A stretch of 64,000 nucleotides of DNA. Origin: the human T2T-CHM13v2.0 reference genome, Homo sapiens. Every line of letters starts with the position of its first letter. Position 1 is the stretch's first letter. The stretch lies in NCBI RefSeq assembly GCF_009914755.1, contig NC_060926.1, one strand, 5' to 3'. Positions 25,687-39,934 of the stretch are shown here, piece after piece. The position numbers were made by a program, and so were the translations under genes. Under the pieces are notes generated by a model. It was not told where the DNA came from. It worked only from the letters and a program-made list of their open reading frames with translations, and made no database searches.

Positions 25687-28597
25687 GCACCGCAGCCTCA
25701 TGTCTATGTATACCTCCCATAGCACATCGTGGATCTGATGAATGACCAGGTAGCATATGGGACAGTCCCTGGAGTCTTGTAGTTTATTTAGTTCTTCATG
25801 CAAAGCACCTAGTGATAGAGACAGTAGGGGCAAATACATTTGCATGCATGATTACTGCTGTGGGAGGAATTCACAAAGAAGGTGACAAGGACGTCAGCTA
25901 GAGAGGAATGGAGGTGCAAGAGTGGAGTTGGCTAGTTGAGGGGACCCTGTAGAGAAATGCTGCTGGACTCACACAGGCATGTGCTGCCTCCTGTCCCCCT
26001 CTCCGTGGTCCTGGGTAGGGGGATGGCTTCTGCTAAATACACGTGAGTTTCCAGGAAAGGCAGCCTAAGACTCAGAGAGAGAGTGCAAGACCCTAGGAGA
26101 GGCCAGGGGACTCTCAGTTGGGACTCTCCAGCTGTCAGGCCCTGCTCAACATAGGCCTGTTTGTCTTTCAAGGGGGATGTTCTTTCCAGCTGTTGGCAAG
26201 CAGAGGCTTCTCTGGGTAGCTGGGCGAGCACCCAGCTTGCATGCATGCACCAGCACCCCACAGCACGCTCGAGGGCAGTTTCTGTTTCTCCCAGGCCCCT
26301 GCTTTTAGCCACATCATGTCACATGCTTTCTTTTCGCTATCAAGATCTTCACTACTGGCCCCGATATTTCTACTCAGCTTTCTTTTTCATCTGTTTGAGA
26401 ATTAGGGGACCTGGGTTCTTTTCCAGCTTCTGACACCAATTGACCTTGAGAACTTAGACAAATGACCGACTTTTCTAACCTCAACTCACATTTGATAAAA
26501 TGAAGTCACTCTCTTTAATGTCTTCCAAGGCATGTTTCTGCCTGTTTTCAAAAAGACAGAGAATAAATGGCTTCTATGAGACCGTAGAGAAAATCAAAAT
26601 TCAGATCAGAATTCATGCACTTTGCTGCCCTAAGGTGTTGGCTGGGATTCCCCAGGCTCCCTTATTCTAAGACTCATGTAATGAGCATATCTGGGTTCCT
26701 GAGCAGGGCCATGGAAAGTCTGATATGGCACTTGGTGGAGTGAGGAGAGCCAGGATGGAGGAAGTCAGATGGGGAGGAAATCTGAGGAACGGTGCTGGCA
26801 GACTCATTGCTCTTTGTCAAAGGCGGAGTATGGAAGGGTGGGCTTGGGGCTGAGGGGCAATGGGGTATGAAATATTGGAACGGGGGCTGAGCTCTGTGTC
26901 ACTGGCTGCTAACTCCTTCAGCAGCATCCCTGTCCACCCTCCTGTCCCCTAATTGTGCTCCAGAGGCCATTTCTGGAGATGGGTGCAAAAGTGCTCTGAT
27001 TTCTATTTCTGGGAACTGAGAAATCTGCTGACTGTCTCTGGCTTAGAATAAAACTTACATGTGATGCCAGAATAAGATGTGGCAGGGCCTTCTCTGAGAC
27101 AGGCTGGCCAACCATCGCAAGGTCAAGATCATCTTACGAAAGGCCACAGAGTGCACACACAGCAAGCACATGCCCTTTCAGTAGTTGTGCCTCAAGATGT
27201 GTATTTGGAGTTTTGTTTTGGGATCAGGTAGGACACTGAAGCCCGGGGCAAGGACAGACATAGAGCTGGGGTGGGCCGTGTCCTTTAGTCTGGCTGCCAT
27301 CTGTCTCTCCTTTCGCAGGTTCCTGGAGTGCAGCTGGCCCACTAGATTATGGCTGTGCTGAGCAGAAAGAAATCTCAGGAAATCCTGGGCATCAATGCAA
27401 GGGCTGATTGGCAGGAGGTGTCCATGAGTAGGGAGGGTTACGTTTCTGTTTCTACACTCTGCCCCACTGGCCCCCAAAGGTGTCATGTTCTCCCAGGTAT
27501 TCCCAACAGGAACCAGGCTCTTCAGGAGTAGTGAGGATTCCCCAGGGCCCCTCTCCTTCCTTGGCTCTCAGGACCCTGTCAGCTTCATGCCAACTGGGCA
27601 GACCTGGATAGTTTCCTGCCCTTTCAGACTGGATGCTAGAACCCAGACTCTGTTCAGGAGGCAGAGGGCAGACCAAGGAAATGCCATCCTGCAGATCACT
27701 CCCAGCCTCCAAGATGAAAGCCGCTAAGCCCAGGACTGTGTGCATGGGCAGAGCCTGGTGAGGGCAACTGTGAGAACACAGGAATTCACAGGGTGAAGAT
27801 CCATCTACACTAGGTGCAGTGAAAGTGACTTGCAAAACTCTTAAGCACAACCTATAGAAATATGTTTTACACTGGGATCCAGTTGTGGTCTAGTGCCTGA
27901 ATATGACACACTTTTACGTGTGTGCATGCAAGTGTACAAAAACAGTATTTGTGTATGCTGGTTATACATTTGCATAAACCTGTTTTGTCCTAGTCCAGGT
28001 TTCCCAGAGTACATAGCCTGAGGCAAGGTTTGGGACTCTTGCTTTATTTCCAGTGAGGTGGGAACAGGGAGGGGAGGAGGAACACAAACCTGGGGAACCG
28101 TATTCCCAGCTCCAGCTGGCTATGCCGCTTCTGCAAGCACAGTGGGTTTTTGGCCATGCTGGATGGCACTGGAGAACCTCTATGGAGCACCACATCTCAG
28201 AAAGGTCTGCTGCAAGGAGAGGAAAAGGGCTTTATCTGTTACCTCTTTCCATCTCCTGTCTCTCATCAGTTAACGTTTGCTGCTCAGCAGATAACACCTG
28301 TATTTTCAGGCAGAGCCTCCATGGGTCTGGTTGGGTTGAACACGAGAGTGGCAGCTGCCATACTCTCCGCACCACAGGTGTGATGAAGGCCAAGTTGAAA
28401 GCACGGCCTTCACTCCTGTGGGCATCTGGGAAAGCCAGTGTCATTAGGAGAGGAGGCAACAGCAGAAGCAGCCAGGGCTCTCTATCGAGCAGAAGGCAGA
28501 GAGCTGGAGGTGCAAGGGGACTGAGTAGCTAAGAGTGCACCCCAGAATCTATGTCTGTATGAACTGAGAAAGAATGTCATCTTTCCACATACACACC

Positions 28598-29323
<726 letters not shown>

Positions 29324-30359
29324 ACACACCCACACACACACACACACACACAAACACATCACAAAACAATCTTTATCCTCACTACTTTGGAATATACTGT
29401 GATACTTTCTATTCTTTAAAGAAAAAATAAATCCTGGTTGTTACCCATTGAACTACTATGCCACCTCTTTTAACAAAATCTAGAGGCTTCCCTAGCTCAT
29501 GTTAGCAGCAGGGAAATTTGCCAGAAACAAAGAGACTGGGAGTCCACCATGCTTATTTTGTTTTGTTTTTAAATTGAAATTCTTGAGATAAATGTAGATT
29601 GATGTGAAGTTGCAAGAAATAATACAGAGAAAGAGAGCTCTTGTACCCTTTGCCCATCTCCCCAGTGGTAACATTTTGTAAAACAATAGTATACCATCAG
29701 AACCAGCCACCAACCTTACTCAAATTTCCCCAGCTTTAGTTCCAGTCATTTATGTATATGCATGTGTATTAAGCTCTACACAATTGCTTCAGCTGTGTGG
29801 GTTCATGAATCCACCATTATATTCAAGATGCAGAGCACTTCCAATCCAGAGGATCCCTGGGCTGCTTTTTTATAACCACATTGGCACAGTTCCCCAGGCC
29901 CTGGCAACTGCTCATCTGCCCTCCAGTTCCAAAATCTTTTCATGTGTTTATTTACCATATGCATATCCTTTTAACATCTGTTCATGTCTTTTGAATTGAA
30001 TTGTTTTTGTTTCCAGTTCAATTTTGGAGGCTCATTATATTCTAGATGCGAGTCCTGTGCTGGATATATGATCTGCAATTTTTTCTCCTGTTCCACAGTT
30101 TGCCTTTTCCTTCTCTTAACAGAGTCTTCATAGAGCAAAAGTTTTTCATTTCGATGAGGTACAATTTATCATATTTTCCTTTTATAGATCCTTTGCTTGA
30201 TGTCAAGTGTAAGAATTCTTTGCCTAGCCCTAAATTCCAAAGAATTTTTCCTACTTTCCCCCCAAATTTTATGGTTTTGCGTTTTATATTTACATATGTG
30301 ATCTGCTATGAATTACTTTTTGTATAAAGTGTGAGGTTTAGATCAATAATAACTTTTTT

Positions 30360-30550
30360 ATTTTCTTTCCTCCCTCCCTTCCTTCCTTTCTTTCTCTCTT
30401 TCTCCCTCTCTTTCTCTTTCATTTTTCCTCCCTCCTTCCTTTTCCTTCCTCCCTTCCTTCCTTTTCCTTCCTTCCTTCCTTTTCTCTTTCCTTCCTTCTC
30501 CCTTCCCCTTCCCTTTCCTCGCCTTCCTTCTCCTTTCCTTTCCTTTCTTT
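30360..30550. repeat. CT-rich low-complexity polypyrimidine tract
   Basis: Mixed (cctt)/(ttct)/(ccct) units, almost purine-free. Confidence 0.9.
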
Positions 30551-30871
30551 TACATCCAATAAATCAATTATTTATTTAAAAGGCTATTCTTCCTCCATTG
30601 CATTGGTTTTGTACCTCTGTCAAAAATCAGTTCAGCATATTTATAAGTGTCTATTTCTGGATCCTCTAATGTGGTCCATTGATCTATGCAGGAACCAGTT
30701 GTCTTTGATTTCTGTAGCTGTATATTAACACTTGCTACCTGGTAGAGTAATTCCTCCCACTTCATTTTTCTCTTTCAAGATTGTTTTAGCTACTCTACAT
30801 TTATTTCCACATAAATTTTAGAATAAGCTAGTCTGTTTCTACAAAAAAAAATCTTTGATGAATTTTCATAG

Positions 30872-31489
30872 TGTGACCCAAAAGTATCTGAGACAGGTCT
30901 CAGTCGATTTAGAAAGTTTATTTTGCCAGGGTTAAGGATGTGCCTGTGACAGCCTCAGGAGGTCCTGATGACATGTGCCCAAGGTGGTCGGGGTACAGCT
31001 TGCTTTTATACATTTTAGGGAAACATAAGGCATTAATCAATACATGTAAGACTTACTTACACTGGTTGAATCTGGAAGGGTGGGACAACTTGAAGTGGGG
31101 GGCTTCCAGATCATAGGTAGATTTAAAAGTCTTCTGATTGGCAATTGGTTGAAAGAATTATTATCAGTAGGAAGGAATGCGTGGGTTACAATAGGGGGTT
31201 GTGGAGATCAAGGTTTGATCATGCAGATGAAGCCTCCAGGTAGCAGGCTTCAGAGAGAATAGAATTGTACATGTTTCTTATCAGATGTAAGGGCTGTGTT
31301 GATGTTAGTGCTGGAGGGTGTAATGCTGTGTTGATGTTAGTGCTGGAGGGTGTAATGAGGCATGTCCAACCCCTTCTTCCATCATGGCCTGAACTAGATT
31401 TTCAGGTTAACTCTGGCATGTCCTTGGCCAAGAGGAGTGGTTCATTCAGATGGTGAGAGGGGGACTTTGAATTTTATTTTTGGTTTACA
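30872..31489 (-). mobile_element. MER4-group (ERV1) 3' LTR
   Basis: Minus strand starts tgtaaaccaaaaataaaattc and ends cagatacttttgggtcaca; purine tract gaggaggtgaa (PPT) immediately upstream on the minus strand; internal 32-bp tandem duplication near 31293-31357. Confidence 0.85.
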
Positions 31490-31985
31490 TTCACCTCCTC
31501 TAACCAAGATTTGCCAGGGGCAACATCAATGGCCAGCCACCACATTTTTATTTAGTCCTGTAGTGTTGCCGGGATGGCATGGCAGCCTGCCCGAGGTCCA
31601 TCCTGTTCCTTGATGGACTCCCTATGGCTGAGGGACTTAGAGTCAGAAGACTTATAGCCAATTAAATGTTCTAGACCAGATAGGAATGGATGTGGACAAG
31701 CATTTATTACCACTTAAAAAACACTTTTTTAAAAGTAAGAGGTCAAGAAACAAAAAGCCAAAGGTGAGGTCACAAAACGGACTTATCTTTAACTTCCATG
31801 CATTGAGCTACTGTAATCTTGGTTTTATTTGCAGCCTTACAGCAATTAGCTATAAAACACATAAGCACTTTTCTGATTAATTTTGGGAGGAAAGCCAGTG
31901 GAAAAGACTCCTTAGAATGCACCACCAAATTAGAATTAGGATCCTAAACAACAACTTCTTAGGAGGAAATTATTTTTAGTTTACA
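31490..31985 (-). mobile_element. MER4-group internal 3' remnant plus first 16 bp of the 5' LTR
   Basis: PPT-adjacent internal sequence; ttatttttagtttaca (31970-31985) matches ttatttttggtttaca (31474-31489) at 15/16; flanks atag/gtag. Confidence 0.7.
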
Positions 31986-33277
31986 GTAGGAATTGCAGTA
32001 AACCTATATATTAATTTGTAGAGAATCGGCACTTTTACTATGTTAAATGTTCCAATTCATGCACACCACATGTCTCTTCATTTATTTGATGTTCATCATC
32101 AACATTTAAAATTCTGATTTCTGCATTTCACTGTTAACTACATAGGAATCCAATTTATTTTTGAATGTTGATTTCATATCTTGCAACCATTTGAATACAT
32201 TGATTACTTCTTGGATATTTTTGGAGATTCCTTGGGATTTTGCACATGGATAATCATGTCATCTGCAAATAGAGATAATTTTATTTCTTTCTTCCCATCC
32301 TGTGTGTCTTTTGTTTCTTTTTCTTGTTTCATTGCAGTGGATAAAAATTCCAGTTTGTTGAGTAAAAGTGATGAAAGAGGACATTCTTGTCTTATAACAC
32401 TTCTTAGGGGGAAGGCAATTGTTCTTTCCCCACTAAGTATGATGTTAGCTGTAGGATCATTGCTGGAGCTCTTTATTTAATTGAGGTAATTTCCCTCTAT
32501 TAGTAACTTGCTGAGAGGTTTTTTTATGAGTAGGTCTTAGATTTTACCAAATGCCTTTTCTGCCTTAACTGATATAATCATATGAATTTTCCTCTTTAGC
32601 CTGTTGATATGGTGAAATATATTAATTTTTGCATATTGAATGAATAAAGCATTCCTGAAATAAATCCCACTTGTTAACATTCTATAATTCTATAAATTGA
32701 TGAATTCAGTTTGCCAATATTACATAGAGAATTACTGGGTCTAAGTTTATGGGGGACGTTGGTCTTCAGTAACCTTTTTTGTACTATATTTTTCTGGTTT
32801 TGGTATCAGGGTATTTTAACACTATCCTCATAAAATGAGTTAGGAAGTCTTTTCTCCTCTTATAATTGTTAAAATTGTACTAATTATTGACTTACTTGGT
32901 AGAATTAACCAGAAAACCATTTGAGTCTCAGCATTTTTTTCTAGAGATTTTAATTACAAAATAAATGTCTTTAATGATTTCAAAGGTATTCAGATCATCT
33001 ATTTAATCTTGGTTGAGTTTTAATTTGTGGTTTTCAACAAAGTGGACTGCTTCTTCTATGTCGTAACACTCATGAGCATGAAGTTGTCTACACTATTTCT
33101 TCTCTGATGATCCTTTTAACTGATGCAGGGTATGTAATGATATCCCATTTCATTCCTGATATGGATCATTCGTGTCTTCTAGCTTTTCCATTTTTTCAGC
33201 CTGGCAAAAAGTTTAAATTTTTTCTTGATGTTTTGCAAATAATTTGCTTTTTGTTTCATTGATTTATTTTATTGTTT

Positions 33278-33799
33278 TCTGCACAAAAGGAGGAGGTCTG
33301 AGATTGCTATCCTTTGAAAGGCCTGTTTACCAGGTTGACCCTAGAAACTTAGATTTCAGAACTCTCACTGTTTCCACATATGAGAAAGCGGTTCCCTACG
33401 CCTGAACTGTTTGTATCAACAGCCTGTTTATCCTAAGCATTCACTTTCCTTTTGAAATTTGGGTAGGGCCAGGCAGAGGCTGCCTGTAGGATTAGTTCCC
33501 AATAAGAACCTGGAAGCTATGAATCAGTCTCTAATGAACTTCCCCAGTTGGAAACACTTTGCACATGTCACAACTTGTATTGGGAGAATTAAGTGAGTCT
33601 CGTGAAGCTCAATGGAAAGAGACTCCTGGAGGCTTCCACCTGGTCTTCCCTGAACTTCGTTTATGAGCTTTTCCCCCTTTGTTGATGCTGCTTTATATTC
33701 TTTTGTGGTAACAAATTGTATTTGTGACTATGATTGCATTTGAGTCCTGTGATTCTAGTGAATCACTGAAACTAGGAGGACTCTTGGGAAATGCTCATA
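33278..33799 (+). mobile_element. MER68-like (ERVL) solo LTR inside the L1M block
   Basis: ctgagattgctatcctttgaaaggcctg...ggttgaccct; aggcagaggctgcct...agtctctaatgaacttccc; tgagtcctgtga...agtgaatcactgaa. Confidence 0.7.
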
Positions 33800-36146
33800 T
33801 TTTCCTACTTTCTTTTTCATTGATTTCTGCTGGTATTTCTTTAAGTTTGATTTTATGTTTTCTTTTCATTTATTCTGCTCTTCTACTAGTTTCTTGAGGT
33901 AGGAACTTTGGTTATGAAATTGAGACCTTTCCTCCCTTCTAATATAAACATTTAGTGTCAGCCTTGCTTTGCCTGCACTCCAAACTTTGATATGTTATGT
34001 TTTCATTTTCATTCAGTTCTAAGTATACTTTTATTTCCTCTGAGACTGCCTAGTCAACCCATGGATTATTTAGAAGTGTGTTGTTTAATCCCACCTCTTT
34101 AGAGATTTTTCTGTTTTCAGACTGTTAGTGATTTCTAGCTTGATTCCATTGTGATCAGAAAACATATTCTGTATTATTTCAATTATTTAAAATTTGCTGA
34201 TGTTTGCTTTATGGCCTAGGATGTGGTCTTTATTGGTGAATGCAGATTTGAAAAAGATGCATATTTACTTTTCTCGAGCATAGTGTTCTATGTCAGTGGG
34301 ACCCCTTTCCTTGGTTGTTTTTTTCAGATCTTCCATATCCTTGATGAATTTCTGTAGAGTGGTTGCATCCATTCTTGAAAAGTGTTGACGTCTCCAACTC
34401 TAGTAATGTATTTGTCTATTTCTCCTTTTATCTCTATTCATTAAAGCATTTCAAGGCTCCGTGGTTTGTTCAAATTCAGGATTGTTCTGTTTTCCTGGTG
34501 GACTGACCCTTTTATCAATACATAATGTTCCTGTTTGTCTGTGGTAATTTTTTTGACTCTGAATTTGGTCTTATCGGATATTACGATAGCCCCTTTTGCT
34601 GTGCTTTGTTTTGATTGTTTGTATGGTATATCTTTTCCTATCCTTTAACTTTCATCCTTTCACTTTCAACTGCTATGTTTTGATTGGGTATTCAGGCTAT
34701 TTACATTTATGCTAACTATTAATATGTTACTTAATAGCTTGTCTATCATTTTATTATTTGGGTTTTGTTTCCTATTGTTCTCGTTACTATTTCTCTTTTC
34801 TTGTCTTCCTGCAGATTACTTGAGAATATGTGTGGGATAATATTTTGATTTATTTATAGTATTTTGAGAATACTTCATCGTACGGTTTTCCTAGTGGTTG
34901 AGTATTACAACATACATATATGTGACTTAGAATAGTGTACTTTTCAGAAACTTTTTCAGGTCTTCCTTCTTTCCTCTATTGGAATTCTGACCGTACAAAT
35001 GTTGGAAATTTTGTTACTTTCCTACAGATCCCTGAGGCTCTGTTCTTGTTTTGCTTTTCAGTCTAGATTTTCTCTATCATTCAGACTGAGTGGATTCTAT
35101 TGATCTGGCATCAACATGGTATCCTAAAAATTTCACTTCAAGTGAAATGTGAAAACCTCACTTCCACTTAGGTTTGTTTTCCTTCCCCACTTCTAAATAT
35201 CATTACTTTTGGTCTCAGATAGTGTCACAATTTTTACTTCAGTAATCCAATGTTATTTATAAAACTTATAAGCACAAAAATACTATATTATTTGAACCCA
35301 TATTTTGGCTCCTTCCATTGTTTCCCCTTCTTTCCAGCTGCTCCAAAATTCTTTCTTTTATAATTTTCTTTCTATGTAAAGAATTTTTTGAGCCATTATT
35401 TAAAAGTAGGTCTGCTGGTGGCCAATTCTTTTAGTTTTCTTTAATCTGACAATTTTTTTATTTCCCCTTCATTTCTGATGGATAATATCACCAGATATAG
35501 AATTCATGGTTGATGGTTCTTTTCTTTCAGCATTTGAAAAATATTGTGCCACTTCTTTCTGACCTCCATGGTTCCAGCTGAGAAATCTGCTGTCATCCAA
35601 ATGGTATTCACCACACATAGGGTGTCACTACTCTCCAGTTGCTTTTGAGATTTTAACTTCGTCTTTAGGTTTCAAGAGTTTAATTATGATGTGCCTTGTC
35701 CTAGATTTCTTTGTGTGTATCCTATTTGGGCTTTGCTCATTTTAATGAATCTCTATGTTTGTGTTTTTCATCTAACTTAGGATGGTTGTCAACTATTTTT
35801 TTCAAATACTTTTTCAGGTCTTCCTTTTTATTCCTACTGGGACTCTGACCATACAAGTGCTGGAAGTTTCAAAGTTTTGCTATTTTCCTACAGATCCCTG
35901 AGGACTTCATCTTGTTTTTTATTTTTGTTTGTTGTTTTTAGTTTGTTCAGATTGGGTGAATGCTATTGATCTATCTTCATGTTACCTAACTATAACCTTC
36001 ATCATCTCCACTCTACTATTGAGCTCATTCATTTCTGTTATTGATTTTTTCAGATCTATAATTTCCCTTTGGTTGCTTTTTATAACATCTATTTCTTTCC
36101 TATTTTTTCATTTATTTCAAAATATTTTGTAATTGAATGTTGAAGC

Positions 36147-36447
36147 TTTTTTTTTTTTTTTTTGGAGATGGAGTCTTGCTGTCTCACCCAGGCTGGAGTG
36201 CAGTGGTGCGGCCTTGGTTCACTGCAACCTCTGTCTCCCAGGTTCAAGTGATTTTACTGTTTCAGCCTCCTAAGTAGCTGGGATTGCAGGTGCCTGCCAC
36301 TGTGCTGGGCTAATTTTTTTGTATTTTTAGTACAGACAGGGTTTCACCATGTTAGCCAGGCTGGTTTCGAACTCCTGACCTCAAGTGATCCACTCACCTC
36401 AGGCTTCCAAAGTGCTAGGATTACAGGAGTGAGCCACTGCGCCTGAC
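36147..36447 (-). mobile_element. AluS-family element
   Basis: Poly-T followed by an Alu body; TSD tgttgaagc at 36138-36146 and 36448-36456. Confidence 0.92.
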
Positions 36448-37762
36448 TGTTGAAGCATTTTAATAATGACTGTTTTAAATTCTTTACAGAAAATTCCATC
36501 ATTTGTTTCATTACCGTGATGGTGTAAGTTTTTTTTTTTCTTATTCAAGTTGTGATTTTCTTGTGTGTTTTTTTTTTTTTTTTTGACTGGTGATATTTTA
36601 TTGTGTCTTGGACATTTTGTCTATTTGTCAGAAGTGCCTTGGATGCTATTTAAATCTTCTATTTTTAGTAGACAGTCACTCTATTTAAGCACACAGTTGC
36701 TGGCCTGCTTTTGTGTGCTGTGGTTCCAATGGTGGGTTAATTTTCCATCTTTGCAGCATGACTTTGGCCTGCTTGCTTGGTGTATCTTCTGTAACTGTAT
36801 GTCCCCGTGGCCTGTGCCAGTGCTGCTTGAAGGGGCAAAAGGGGTTCTTACAGGTTGGGCTGCTGAGGTTGCGGTATGGGGCATCTTCTTACTCTGCCCC
36901 TAATGCCCTGTGCCCCTGGGTGAGGGAGGAGAGTGTTAGGCCCATAGGTACAAAGAGAGGATCCACACCAGGCCACCTGCTGTAGCTCTCTGGCCGGCTC
37001 TGCCCACTCGCCCACCTCACTGGAAAAGGGGCATCTCAGGCTGGGGGGGAAGAAAGGTGCTTCCTGTAGCTACTTACTTATAATGGGTCTCCCAATTGAT
37101 CCCCCTTACCAGTGTGTTGGGATTGCCTGATGTTGTCGGGGTGACTCCTGCTTGATTTGTGGGAGGAATGAGCCTGGACTGCCTTCTGTTGCTAGGCTGC
37201 AGGGCTGAGTCACCTTCTTCTGTTGGGAGGGGTTGTAAGACTACTCCTATGCTGTTTCTTCATTCCCAAGGTCTCTATCCAGCTCAAATTCCTCTTTCAC
37301 CCTTCAGAGTTCTGCTTTGGCTCTTTGGTATGATTTCCAGGGTTTATAGTTGTGATGGGTGGGCAGGGGCAGGGAGAAATGGGTTTATGCTGTTTTGTCC
37401 TGATCTGAACCCTGTGTAGTATCCAATATGCTTTTAAGACATCAAATTATCCACCTTATCATGTGAGTCATGGCTATTCCATGAATCACACATGGGATAG
37501 TCTCCTTATCCCATGTGATTTTGCAGCTGTTTAACCCTGGGAACTGGAATCAAGAGACATGCATGGCCGAAACCTTTTTTAGGAGAGGTGCACACCCTGT
37601 TGTCCACCTGAGTAAAACCATGCAGGTAAACAGAAAAGACAGGTACTCCCAGAGAGCAAAACTGGGTCTTGAGAACAGGGAGTCCTCCTTAACCCCTTCA
37701 CAGGCTATGGTATATCCTATGTCACTGTGATTATCATAGTCTTCCCTTCCTCAGTGGGCAGA

Positions 37763-37821
37763 GTTTATTGCAGTAACTCTGTTTCTCTTCTAGTTTATTG
37801 CAGTAACCCTGTTTCTCTTCT
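37763..37821. repeat. Tandem duplication, 2 x 30 bp
   Basis: gtttattgcagtaac(t/c)ctgtttctcttct twice. Confidence 0.85.
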
Positions 37822-38059
37822 GCCTGCTCATTAGGTAAGAATGCAATATTTTAGCTTGAATTACTTGGGACTAGGAATCAAGTGCTGAACTGAGGAAGAG
37901 GCTGCACAAATCCCAATGGACCTGATTCTGAGCTGCATGCAGTACTCAGATAAGTTTTGAGGGCCCTTCTTTTGGGAGCAAATTGCATATATGGGTGAAA
38001 GGGAATGATGGTAAGCCACAGTGTGTATCTGTAGCCTGACCAAGAAGCTAGTCCTCCCT

Positions 38060-38520
38060 TATGGCTTGTCAACAGAACCCTAATTCTCTCACATGGCAAT
38101 GTGCTCAGCCCCAGGGAATGACTGAAGACAGATCTAAGCCAATCATAGCAATCTCATTCACCTTTGTGAGTCACTGGTCTGGACATGATCATGTGACCCA
38201 GTTTTGGCCAATGAAACTTAAGGTGATGTGTGCTGGGGGTGACTGAGGTTAAACTGCCTCTGTCCTCTACTACTTCCTGCTCAAGATGCTGTTGTATGAT
38301 AGTGCGATGCCTGGAGCAGTGGCAGCTGCTTTGTAGCTGTGAAAGAGAATGTGATCTACCCAGATGATGGCAGCTAGGATAACAGAAAAAGTTTGGCTCT
38401 TGAATCATATCATCGAGTTGCCGAATTAACTCATAATTCTTCTTAAAAAGTAACTACTCTTGGAGTTTAATTCATATTCAATAGGATTTTCTACTTATTG
38501 CTATCCAAAGCATCCTAAGT
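38060..38520 (+). mobile_element. Old MLT1-type LTR
   Basis: catgtgacccagttttggccaatga, gatgcctggagcagtggcagctgct, ttttctacttattgctatccaaagcatcctaa. Confidence 0.6.
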
Positions 38521-38529
38521 CATACAGAG

Positions 38530-38879
38530 TGATATGGTTTGGCTGTGTCTCCACTCAAATCTCATCTTGAATTGTAGCTCTCATAATTCCCATATGTTGT
38601 GGGAGGGACCCAGTGGGAGCGGGCAAGTCTTTCCTGTGCTGTTCTCATGAGAGTGAATAAGTTTTATGAGATCTGATGGTTTTATAAAGGGGAGTTCCCC
38701 TGTACATGCTTTCTTGCTTGCCACCATGTAAGATGTGCCTTTCTCCTCCTTCACCTTCTGCCATGATTTCGAGGCCTCCTGGGCCATGTAAAACTGTGAG
38801 TCCATTAAACCTCTTTTTCTTTATAAATTACCTGGTCATGAGTATGTCTTTATTAGCAGCATGAGAACAGACTAATACA
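38530..38879 (+). mobile_element. THE1 (THE1B/C-like) solo LTR
   Basis: tgatatggtttggctgtgtc...agcatgagaacagactaataca; perfect 5-bp TSD cagag at 38525-38529 and 38880-38884. Confidence 0.92.
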
Positions 38880-39934
38880 CAGAGGCATACCTAATCTCTG
38901 GTCCACCTACCAACTGGGTCCCTTACTACAGTGTTGTTACTTATTTGATGCAGAGCCCTTTTTTCCTGTCTCCCTATAACAGTTATCGGCTATTTGCAAC
39001 ATGGGATGAGTTATTACAGAGTGGTTTTATGCACCTTAACACAACTTTCAGTGGTTCATAAAGGCATACGTGTTAGAGCCTGAGGGTCCGGGAGACCATC
39101 TCCTCCCACACTGTTTCTTTACAGATGAGGAGTTGGGGCCCTTAGAAGGATGTGACCAGCCCAAGGTCAACCAGTAAAATGAAGTCAAGACAGGATGGGA
39201 ACCCAAGCCTTGTCCATCCCAGGTAAAGTTCCTTCCTGTCCTCTGAGACATGGGCCATCTGACCATACCAGGTGTGCACTGAAGTTTGCATCCACAGAAG
39301 GACCCTTTTTTACCTACAATTTTGCTTGAAATCAAAGAAACAGATGAAGGGCTTCCTTCTGTACATTATCCTGGAACTCTGGGAAATGTCAGCTGCAAAG
39401 GAGGAAATAATCAGCCTGAACCTTTCTTTACAGCTAATGTGTTTGCCAGGAAACCAATCCAAGGGCCAGAAGCAGCAATGTTCAGCATCTTAGATTCTTA
39501 CCAGGTCTTCTCAGCAGAAACCCAGGAATGCATGCTGGGCAGGAGCAGTGCCTGTGTCACTGGGGGAAAGGGAACAGCTTTACTTCTGGGGTGGAGCTGC
39601 TCGTCGGCTGTGGCCTGGCCTGGGAGTGATCCTTTCCCGAGAAGGCTTTTCTTCCAGGAAAGCCGATGTCCAGGAAGCCTATCTGGTCCTCACGGCACTG
39701 CTGAGAAGGAGGCATGCCCAGTGTGGGGCCCATGTTGTTGGGGTTGGCCCCAGGGCTTCTGGCTCAGCATTGTGTATAAGCCCAGGGTATAGGCATTCTC
39801 CTGAGCTGAAGGCATCCGGGAGGGGACTTAGGTGACAGCACCTGGCAGTCCTCAGTCCTTGGGCTGCCAGAGAAAGGAGAGGCTGCCTTGCTGAATAGAG
39901 ATATAGTCTTTGGGGGCCATCTAGGCCACTAAAA

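Larger units (their letters stand above)
29565..37415 (-). mobile_element. Large, fragmented old L1M (L1MC/MD-like) block: 3' end at left, ORF2/ORF1/5' remnants rightwards; hosts several later insertions
   Basis: AT-rich antisense L1 motifs such as aatcatgtcatctgcaaatagaga, ttcctgaaataaatcccactt, gattccattgtgatcagaaaacat, tttctttcagcatttgaa, gagaaatctgctgtca; no intact ORF. Confidence 0.8.
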
